Below are positions 14,499-25,075 of a DNA stretch of 64,000 nucleotides, one piece after another. Position numbers and translations under genes: made by a program. How positions within the stretch are numbered: position 1 is the first letter of the stretch; the number at the start of each line of letters is the position of its first letter. Under the pieces are notes generated by a model. The model was given only the letters and a program-made list of their open reading frames with translations, was not told the origin of the DNA and made no database searches. This stretch comes from Octopus sinensis (taxonomy: Eukaryota), in the NCBI RefSeq assembly GCF_006345805.1, contig NC_043000.1, positions 144,398,001 through 144,462,000 on the forward strand, written 5' to 3'.

Positions 14499-14670
14499 GT
14501 AGTGAGCTGGCAGAATCATTGGCACGCTTGGTAAAATGCGTAGAGGCATTTCGTCTCGTTTTTATGTTCTGAGTTCAAATTGCACCGAAATCTGCATTGC
14601 CTTACATCCTCTGAGTCCATAAAATGAGTATCGATAGAGCTTTGGGTTCGATGTAATCGACTAACGCACT
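14499..14670 (+). mobile_element. SINE family A (head GAGCTGGCAGAA)
   Basis: Shares GAGCTGGCAGAA..AAAATGC..TTCTGAGTTCAAATT..CATCC..ATAAAAT.AGTA with copies at 20.8, 37.1, 39.0, 53.9 and 54.1 kb. Confidence 0.72.
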
Positions 14671-15474
14671 CAACCGTAAATACTGGCCTTGAGTCAAAAT
14701 TTAAAAGTACTAGCTGAGCACTGGCATCGATATAAAAGACTACATCTCGCTTCTAAAATATCAGGCCGAGCAGAAAATAATACTAATAATATTTAAACGC
14801 TTTAGTTTTTATTTCTAAGTGCAATTAGAGAATGGAAATGTGCCTAGTTATAAAAAATTTAGATGAAAATTTAACATGTGTATAACTCCGACACAATCCT
14901 GTCAAAGTGTTTTATAAAAGCAAAGACGTCGCGTTTAGATATTTTTATCTGGGAAACTCTTTCGATAAGTTTCAAGATTTGTCATCCAAAATTCTAAGCG
15001 GAAATAGGTATAATATGATTAGGTGGATAAACACATAAAGGATAATATCATAATTGGCATTATTAGAAGCGTTTATTATCTTATTAATAAATAAATATGT
15101 ATTTCTACAGCTGTTAAAAATCATTGCCAAACATCTTGCAAATATCTGTACGTCTTCAAATAACATAAGGTATCTTTCGAGAATGGAGTCTTTTTCATAA
15201 AATATGACTGTGATACAGAATTATCCCGTTTGATTTTCAACATTGAGCTGTTTTATCATAGCTAAATTAACCCTAATAAACCAAACATAAAACATTATGT
15301 AAACTATGAAAGGCCAACCTTTTAAATTTTCCAGAATGAAATCATTTAGAATAGTGATACTCGTATTATTATGCTTATGAAAAGAATTCCCATTCGTTTA
15401 ACAATGAGACACAGTGCCACAAAATGCAAAACGACATATTTCTAACACTCAATAATACAGTTGCCAAATATTCC

Positions 15475-15633
15475 GTTCTATATTTAAGAGATGAGGAATT
15501 ATGTACATTATGTACATTATTAACAATTGACGGATATTGGTCATCATTTTTCGGCTGATATACCTTTCAGCCTTCATCTTGGGGAAATTTTGAAGCTGTG
15601 TTCTCATTCCTAAGGTATTTTTCCATGTTATTA

Positions 15634-15686
<53 letters not shown>

Positions 15687-15797
15687 GTTATTAATATTAT
15701 TATTATTATTATTCAGGTCACTGCCGGGAATCGAACTCGGAATCTTGGGGTTAGTATCCCGCGCTCTTAACCGCTCCGCCATATACCCACGGGCATA
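15475..15797 (-). mobile_element. Solo copy of the tRNA-like/(AAT)n/hammerhead-like repeat (putative Penelope pLTR or derived SINE)
   Basis: Minus strand: A box TGGCGGAGCGG, B box GTTCGATTCC, (AAT)n, GGCTG..CAGCC-GAAA, ending CTCATCTCTTAAATATAGAAC, as at 28358-28619. Confidence 0.8.
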
Positions 15798-17449
15798 TTT
15801 GACAACCTAGCTATCCATCTGACATTCGTTGACTTTAAAATGAAGTTTAAATATTTTTTTAAAATTTTATAATGATTAAACGCGAAATTCTGTATGTCCA
15901 GAATCCCTATAACTCAGTCGACATTTGCTCCATTTAGACATATTACACCTTATATGAATCACAGGATGAAAAATCTTACCTTCATTTTGTTTTTGAATAT
16001 CCAGCATTGGGATCTGATTTAAAAGTATTTGGGTTGATATTTCCTAGCAAGTAAATCTTGGCTGATTTACGCCATCTTTGTTGGTGTTTGTCAGATGACG
16101 CCAGAGGACAAGGGGGAGAAAATCACATTTGCTTCGTTAATTTTATGTCAAGGTAATAACTTTGGAATTCAACGTGCAACTGGACTAATAGAATGATTGC
16201 ATTACAGAATTAATTCTCATCCATCCTTAACCTTTGATCAAGCAATACTGGGGCATGTAGTGATTTTAAACGTAATATAGTCATGCCATTTAGGTCTCTT
16301 TAATTTGGGGTCGCCTTCTCAATTACACAACCGCAGGAGAGAAGCCAAAATTCCTCACGGAGTGCTGCTTTTAAGCTAGTCCATTAAGAAATGAAAGACT
16401 ATGTTGCATTATTCGCGAAGAAAATGGATTATAAATTGGTAATAGGTTTTCTGATACAAGTGTGATATGATATAAGGTACCTACATTTTATTAAGGTCTG
16501 AATAATGAAAAATTCTGCAGTCACACTAACATAGAGATATATTAGAATATAAGCTTCATTCGTTATATCAATTTATATTGGTATTATGACGTATGCTTCA
16601 GTCAAAAGAACAAAATGTATATCATTCTTGATTTTCTGTTGTGAAATCTTCGGTTTCGATGAGCGTGTGTCTATCTAAGCTCACGACTAAATAAGCAGCT
16701 ATAATATAACACTAAATAAACTCGCATATTGTAATGTATTGTATATTACAATGTTTGTCACCGAGCTGATAGGATCGGTAGCAAACCGGGCAAAATGCTT
16801 AGAGGCTTAATATTTCTTATTTCAAATTCTGACGAGGATGATTTGCCTGTCTTCCTGTTGTGTCGTTAAAATATGGAGCAGTACTAGGATCATGTTATCA
16901 ATTTGCCCACTCCCCAAATTTACTGACCTTGTACCAAAATTTGAAAAAGATATGATGAAATATATATTATATCTGTTAATATACACAGCATTTAGTAAAG
17001 AGCTACCCGGAGTTTCATGCAATGCAGACAATTATTCCAAGCTCAATTCACATCGGTCGTAAGTGCTGGTGTTCTCTCAGGGACCAGCGTCATGATTTTC
17101 AAACATGACTGATCATGTACACTGACTCTGAAATATTGCTTGGAAACTCCATGTACATCATATAAATCTGTAATTTATAATTTATTGAGTAAAGTTTGCT
17201 AATTAGTTGTTTGTATGCTGAAATTGAAACATACTTGAAACACTTCATGATTCGCTTTCGGTTTATATAATGTTTCTCCGTCTAATGATGAAGATTCCTT
17301 AACTTATGTAGGCAATTAAGTTCTGGTTTACCGTTGAGGCTTGGTTTATTGTTATGAAAATGCTGTGTGTACATATATATATACACATATGGATGTATGT
17401 ATGTTTGTATGTATATATATATATATATACATATATATGCATATATATA

Positions 17450-17506
<57 letters not shown>

Positions 17507-17507
17507 A

Positions 17508-18005
17508 TTGGCAGGGCTTACTGCTAGGGAGTCGGCCGTATACTAGAAATAGACCATCAACGGTCAAACTACAAGGAAATTCACTAAATTGTTCTCTAGT
17601 ACTAAGCACGAACCGCAGTGAATTATTTACTGCAGCCCTTCGCCTCAGAAATTTATTAGCGCGCCAGAGCCAAGACATTTGAAATTTTATCACTAGTGTA
17701 ATCGGTAAAGCTACACACGTGTCTGTACTGGCACGAATGCTGGGGTTAGCTTTTCTGTTTACATTACTATGAACGGATGCACTGAAGAAGCACGGACATT
17801 TGGATTGCGTAAGTAATTCTCTTGTTAAGGCTGAAACCGAGGTATGCATTTAATTCTGTTTTTTATATAAATTTTCATCTGTCATGCCCGCCAAAGTTGG
17901 TTCTGGTGTTCGCTGTATTTTTCCTCTAGAGAATTTCCTTGTAGTTTGACCGTTGATGGTCTATTTCTAGTATACGGCCGACTCCCTAGCAGTAAGCCCT
18001 GCCAA
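17508..18005. mobile_element. 498-bp MITE with perfect 75-bp TIRs and TA target duplication
   Basis: 17508-17582 is the exact reverse complement of 17931-18005; TA at 17506-17507 and 18006-18007. Confidence 0.95.
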
Positions 18006-18105
18006 TATACACATATATTAGAATTTTCTCTGACTCCTCAGATTTTTGTATGCTGGACTACTGGTTTTAAATTGATATTAAAATTAATATTAATTTATCT
18101 CCCTC

Positions 18106-18157
<52 letters not shown>

Positions 18158-18653
18158 ATATGCATATATATATACCAGCGTTCGTAATATTTACTCTCGT
18201 TTGGCTTAACAGCCCTCATTGTCTGTGTTACTGTTATACTCCTTGCCCAGTCTTTTACTGTTTATAATTTGTACTGTCTTTACTGTCCTGTTTTTGTTGC
18301 CATTTTTTTCCCTCCGCAAAAAAATCTCAAATTTTATTTAATTTGCTTTTTGCGGGAAGGAATGTTTCAAAGAAGTCGTGTCTCACCTTGACCTTCGAAA
18401 CGCGGAGTAGATGAAACAGAGGCGACTGAAGAAGGGAAATTTTCATTGTGTTGTATGACCTGTACTCTATTTTTTCGTTGTTTGAGAAATATGTCGACGC
18501 CTTTTTTTCGTGCCTTGTACCCATATATACATGTAGATGTAGATATATATATATATATAGAGAGAGAGAGAGTGAGAGAGAGAGAGTGAGAGAGAGAGAG
18601 ATTGATAGATAGATAGATATGCACATATATTTTATATATATATGTATGTGTGA

Positions 18654-18694
<41 letters not shown>

Positions 18695-18704
18695 TACATA
18701 CATA

Positions 18705-19009
18705 AAATTATAATTAAGGTTATCTAAGAAATACCACCATGCAAGATATAGCAGCTAAAACTTGACTCTAAAACCACATTAAATGTTCATACAATTTGTG
18801 CGTATATTCCACTAATGAAGGCAAAGCATTTCTTATGCAGAGTCTGAAATATGGGATCTGAAATTATCCAGTATTCTTTTTTGCTAGTTTATTTTGTCTC
18901 TCTGTGTTCTCTCCTGGTGCTGTATGAACATTTAATGTGATTTTAGAGTCAAGTTTTGGCTGCTATAACTAGCATAGAGGTATCTCTTAGATACCCTTAA
19001 TTATAATTT
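18705..19009. mobile_element. About 305-bp MITE with about 90-bp imperfect TIRs
   Basis: 18704-18793 matches the reverse complement of 18921-19010 with about ten mismatches. Confidence 0.8.
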
Positions 19010-19129
19010 TAATAATAACTATTACCTTTGAGGTTTTTATTCCTATGCTGGCCACCTGAATATGATCGGTATTTTAAAGAACGATCTTATCCTTATTTAT
19101 ATAAATTTATACACACACACATACATACA

Positions 19130-19363
<234 letters not shown>

Positions 19364-20761
19364 GAGGCGTGTTTCTCCTCCTCTGTGCGTATTGTCTCTC
19401 AGGTCCTACTGTAAAATTGCGCCTCCATAATTACGTCCTTATTTTCTGTATAATATAAACTTCGAAAAGTAATCAGGAACAATAATATTCACACAAACAA
19501 CATTATATTATGTCCAAATTACTGAACAATATATACTCAAACTAAATTCAAATGACAAGGAATTTTCCCCCAAAATACAATCCCCGTACTCAGAAACTTT
19601 CTGTAAAGTCATATAAATGTGAATTCCCTGTCATATTATGCACCACACAAAACAATAAATCGTCAAACTGCAATATACGTATAAAGTTAGAAATAAGGAT
19701 AGCTATCAATAAATAACCCTTGTGATAAATATATTGAAGAAATGCTTGGTGTGAACCATGAAACTATTTTAGTATCAATATGCGCTCACAATACGATAAG
19801 CGCAAATCAAACAGAACCGGAAACATATCGCTTTATATATATTAATATATAAATTCTGTACATAAATATCCCAATGAAAGTAAGATATCAAGGTACTTTG
19901 AAAAGTAATGCTTCAGAAAAAACGTATACCATTCAGGTCATAAATATTAGGGTTGCTGTAGTTTCATAGAGAATATATTTAAAAATAACTAATGCAATAT
20001 GCGTCACGATGTGTTACCGCTACTGTTTATAACTAATGAAATCGATATTTTAATCTATGAGTGGGGTATCGTTTACTACCTTTACCATACAGAATTTTGA
20101 ATTTCGTCTGTTAATGTCCTATACATCTGCGACAACTCTCTGATCACGTACAAAACATTTAAAGTATTCCACGTCAAACAGTAATATGAAAAGGCACTTA
20201 TCAATTATTTTCCTTCGGCTTAATAGGGAATGGATTGCTTTATATTAATGTACTAAAATTTGGTTTTAAATTTGTAATGCTGACTGTATACAAAAGTTGC
20301 CAACTCAGGAGGAATACCTATGAAATAAAAGTTACTCTATTTCTACCTATTGTGATCATGGAAACTTTAGAAATAAAAATTGTTATTGAAGTCTTCCCTC
20401 ACTGCATATACTCTCAGGCTATTAGTATTTCTCAAAATATGTAGAGAATATGCTCTGAACTAGGGAATGCCAATTGATTTATAATGATGCCCATTGCAAG
20501 CTAAAATCTTTGTCAGTATCATAGAATACAGTCCTATACGTAAGCAAAAATTATGTTAAATTTAAGATCATATGATAATAGTAAATTTTTAAGAAATGAC
20601 GGCCATGCATGTTTATATCCTAATTTCAGATGGAAAGAAATTACAAGTAAATGTCAAACAAAAAAGACAAAGTTGTTAACGGAAATTTCCAAAGTGAAGA
20701 TTTTTTTCAAAGAAATATTGGTTCCAAATTTTGGAACCAGTAAGTTCTGGATAGTGGGGAA

Positions 20762-20906
20762 GGTGATTACTGGTATGAATTTTATCTAACCCGAAATGGA
20801 TGGAATGCTAAGTCGATCCTACCAGAATTTCAATTCAGAACGTAAAAACAGGCGAAACGTCGCTAAGCACTTCGTCCAGCGAGTAAACATTCTGTCGGCT
20901 CATCGC
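20762..20906 (-). mobile_element. SINE family A
   Basis: Reverse complement reads GCGATGAGCCGACAGAA..TGCTTAGCG..TTACGTTCTGAATTGAAATT..GTCGAC-like..GATAAATT..TACCAGT. Confidence 0.68.
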
Positions 20907-21256
20907 ATTCTCTATTAAAGAAATATTATTGTGTTTCACTGACACTTCATTGGTTCCTTAAACATTATCAACGAATCTTTAATCTTGGGATATTCAAGAT
21001 TCTTCCCAACTTTGTAATTGCAGAATGCTTAATCTGCTCCGTCACATTTATATATCTTGCAAACAAAGCTTAGTTTACGACGCTATGTTTCGCTTTATAA
21101 AAAAAATTAATAAGGAAATCAGAGCTACTGAGCGTATTCTTAAAATGAATGTAACATATCTACCAAAGACAAATGTATACATGGAAATGAAGAACGCTTG
21201 AAAGCATGTCACCGCATCATCGCTCTCTCTCACTCTGTGTGTATATATATATAGTG

Positions 21257-21690
21257 ATGCTTATATGCCAACATATTCTGGCAGGCTTAAAAGGACGGTG
21301 TTACATTTGTTACAGCCGCAGGAAAACATCTTTTCCAGCTGGCTTTGTGTCTGTATAGCGTTCGCAAGGAGATCATCGCTTGTATCTCTAGCCTCACCTG
21401 ATACTCATAGACCCGGTTATTAGGTGGCTACCTGTCTTCAGAGTGAGACAATCAGAGGCCAGGGACAAAAGTTTTTGCCACTCGCAAATCCTATATACAT
21501 TTTAAGCGACGCAGATTCGTTGATGTCGTTCAAAGTAAAACATCTTGTTTTAAATCCCTGAGTGAGAGATATACACCAACAGTACCAAATATGTATGTTT
21601 ATATGCCAACAGAATGTGGCAGTCCTATAAAGGATGACGTTACTGTTGCCATAGCACCAGAAAACCATCTTTTCCAGCTGGGTATCGACA
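21257..21690. repeat. Two diverged about 90-bp direct repeats (21257-21345, 21595-21685), probably a fragmented interspersed repeat
   Basis: Both read TATATGCCAACA..TGGCAG..TAAAGGA..GTTAC..CATCTTTTCCAGCTGG. Confidence 0.6.
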
Positions 21691-21713
21691 CACAGTTTAT
21701 GTCCGTACAGAAT

Positions 21714-22575
21714 TACCTGAACGCAGTTCATGAATGGGCAGGTAAGAATAACGTGTAGTTCAATGACGCAAAATTTCAAGCACTCCGCTATCAGTCCACA
21801 AACGAACTACAACTGAATTACATGGGACCAGCAGGCAACGTAATCCCATAATTAGAGTCGTGCGCGAGCTGGGGATCCACATGAGAAACGACGCAACCTT
21901 CCATGTGCACATTGCTCAGATGGTAACATTATATAGGCGGATAGGAGGTTGGATCCTTAGATGATTCAGGACCAGGAACAGTGACACAATATTTCTGTTT
22001 GGAGAACCTTTGTGATCAGTCGTTTGGCCACCAAAGAACGTAAAACTAATAGCGGAACTAGAGGCAACCCAACGCCACTACACAAAGAAGATAGACTCAG
22101 TACAACACATAGGCTACTGGGAGAGGTTAAAGGAACTGGGACTCTACTCCCTGGAGAGGAGACGTGAGAGATATACAGAGCTATACATATGGGAAATAAT
22201 GGAGGGTCGAGGTACAAATTTCAGAATAGAAATCTACAACAATCCCCAAAGATGATGGCACTGCACAGTACCAAAGTTCCTATGTTCTCTTTAGGGGAGA
22301 AACCAATACTGTATTAGCTTGGGATTCAAGGGACCACAACTTATTTAATGCCTTACCACAGAACATCAAGTATCTGAAAGGTGTAGATATGGAAGTCTTC
22401 AAAAGCGTGTAGACAGTTTTTCTTTTGCAATACAAGTTGAACCCATGTTGTGGCAGGAGACACAAAGAAGAGGACACACAAAGCAGAAGCAATATTGAAA
22501 AACATCCCCCGAAACAGTAAAGGCGGTGCACCAGCATGGCCTCAGTCTCTGGTTGAAACCCGTAAAAGATAAAGG
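21714..22575 (+). mobile_element. CR1-type LINE 3' portion (family B)
   Basis: FNDAKFQAL, VRELGIHM, IAELEATQRHYTKKI, YWERLKELGLYSLERRRERY, GFKGPQL.FNALP, then tail GGCGGTGCACCAGCATGGCCTCAG..TTGAAAC. Confidence 0.9.
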
Positions 22576-22599
22576 AGAAAAAATATGTATATTCTTTTA

Positions 22600-23012
22600 C
22601 TCATTTATTCTTTTATGTGTTTAAATAATTTGACTGCGGGCATGCTTGAGCAGCACCTTAAAGGTTCTTTTTTATTCGAATAAATCGACCCTAGGATTTA
22701 TTCTTTGTATGACTCAGTACTTATTCTATCATACACTATTGCAGAATCACTAACTTACGGGAACAGAAACACACAAAGATCGGTTGTCAAGCGAAGGTGA
22801 GGGGACAAAAACAGAAACACAAACAAATATACACATATATATTATATATATACAACGGGCTTCTTTCAGTTCACGTCTACCAAATCCACTGACAAGGCTT
22901 TGGTCGGCCTTAAGCTATACTAGTAAACAGTTGCCCAAGTTTCCACGCAGTTGAACTGAACCCGGAACCATGTGGTAAAGAAACAAGCTTCTTATCACAG
23001 AGCCACGTCTGG
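22600..23012 (-). mobile_element. tRNA-headed SINE family B with CR1-like tail
   Basis: Head CAGACGTGGCTCTGTGATAAGAAG..GGTTCAGTTC, body GACCAAAGCCTTGT.AGTGGATTTGGTAGAC, internal microsatellite, tail GCTCAAGCATGCCCGCAGTCAAAT. Confidence 0.85.
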
Positions 23013-23022
23013 GCCTTATTTT

Positions 23023-23090
<68 letters not shown>

Positions 23091-23965
23091 TATATATATA
23101 TATATATATTTACATAGATACGCACACGCGTATTTGTACTTATATTAATATATATGTGGACATACTCATTATAACTATATGTTTATTTTATCTGCATGCA
23201 TATAAATATGTATATACGTACACACACATGTACGCACTTACATAAATGCATGCACATACTCATAAATATCTGTGTCATTGTATGCTTCTGTCTTCGTGCG
23301 TTCATATGTAAGAATATCGTTTATATATATTGAAACCTTAATTTGTCTCGGATATTTATTCCTAAACCAATTTCCTGCAAACTGACCTCTATGAAGACGA
23401 CTAAGATCAAGACCAGCATCGGTGTCAAGAGTTCAAATATTACAGACAAAAGTAAGATTGTTAAATTATAGGTACTTACTTTGATAATACAGTTATTTTC
23501 TAATTGCCCTTTCACGAAATTGGAGAGAAGAATGTGAATTCTATATTCTAAAAACTGAAATGATATACAAATTTGTTCCGTTATTGATTAGTTCTAGGAG
23601 AGATATTTAAATCTAAATCAATTACTGTTCGGTAAAAAGAAGGAAAAATAGACTGTGATGGAAATTACTTGAACGAAACCAGACAATATCAGCAAAGAAA
23701 CGGGAAATGAACGAATGAGATGAAATAAAGAGCAAGAGATAAGGGACTGATGAAACTGGACGAGAATTACAACCACAAAACAAAAAAGAAATGAACAAAA
23801 TATTATTGCGAACTATGGAAAACAATCATAAAATACAAATAAAACGAAGGCAAAATGACATACAGCCGATAAATATATTCGTGTGTATATGTGTTTGTAT
23901 ATATGTATATAGGTATATGCATTTGTGTGTGTATATATGCAAATAAACGTATACTTTTTTATATA

Positions 23966-24041
<76 letters not shown>

Positions 24042-24077
24042 GTACATATATCTATCTATCTACCTCTCACTCTCTCT

Positions 24078-24417
24078 CTGAGGGGGTACCCAAAAGAAAA
24101 TCACATTTTGCAATATTATTTTATTCACTTAGTTTTACATGTTAACCAGTTTTGGCCTTCGAAGAAACGTCCAGATCGAATTCCAGTTGTTCTTTCAGAT
24201 CACGATCCTCATTCCGTTGTGACTACTTTTGATCTTCTGTGATCAAGCGAAGCACAAATATCGACGCGACTCGTTTTATTCGGAAGTCGTCACTCACAAT
24301 TCGTTAGTAGAAGCTTCAGATCACACCAGTTATATCAACATGTTCATCAATTATGGGGTAACGCTTCGCCAAGATAAATTTTCGAGATGTTTCACCTCTT
24401 CGGGCGGTCCACGGTCG
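24078..24417 (-). mobile_element. Mariner fragment with one TIR-like end
   Basis: Minus strand gives LQ.KRVASIFVLRLITEDQK (VAAKFVPRLLT-like) and DLKEQLEFD. Mariner-TIR-like GAGGGGGTACCCAAAAG at 24079. Confidence 0.72.
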
Positions 24418-24434
24418 TTATTATTATTATCATT

Positions 24435-24988
24435 GAGTGAGAGAGCAGTGCATGCCATCAAAGTGACACTGGGGTAAAATATACGAAGCCCAGTATACCC
24501 ATCATGACTACCCGTCTGATAAGGGTACACTAGGCACATGCATCACAACCATGTGTGCGCGACATGGTGATCTCATATCAAGATAAACAGCACATGACCT
24601 TGCAGGTGGGGCCCAGTTAGAATTTTCTTCAGGTCGAGTAACCCATCCCACTCGAAAGGTCCCTGAATAAGGGTTGTTTAAGGATGTTGAACGAAATACC
24701 CATGTTTCCAGAGGTGAATTATTCAAACCCCAAAGAATCCCTCTCAACACACGGCTATGATGCTCCCCCAATACTTCTGCTCGTGATCAGAGATGCACAT
24801 ATCTTCAGCCACTAAGTGATATGCTCAACTGGTTATGGTCAAACAACTGACAAGCAAATCTGTGGTATTGAGCAGCTTATTTGCTGTAGCCCATCTTTTA
24901 TACCAAGACAAAACAATGTACATGATAACACTTCCAATCAGTTAAGATGAGAAGCCATGGGAGCCACTGCCTGGTACTGCATCAGGGC

Positions 24989-24990
<2 letters not shown>
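24435..24990. mobile_element. 556-bp non-coding element flanked on both sides by (ATT)n; class and orientation unknown
   Basis: Sharp boundaries against (TTA)n at 24418-24434 and (ATT)n from 24990. More GC-rich than the flanks, with no tRNA boxes, TIRs or recognisable protein motifs. Confidence 0.55.

Positions 24991-25074
<84 letters not shown>
24990..25074. repeat. Perfect (ATT)n tract
   Basis: Directly visible. Confidence 0.98.

Positions 25075-25075
<1 letters not shown>

Noticed and set aside
16838-17090. Possible RT remnant (VSAGV..QG)
   Set aside because: One degenerate motif only, which is insufficient.
24915-24985. Vague similarity of the 556-bp element end to U2 snRNA
   Set aside because: Only short gapped matches, with no Sm site or collinear alignment.
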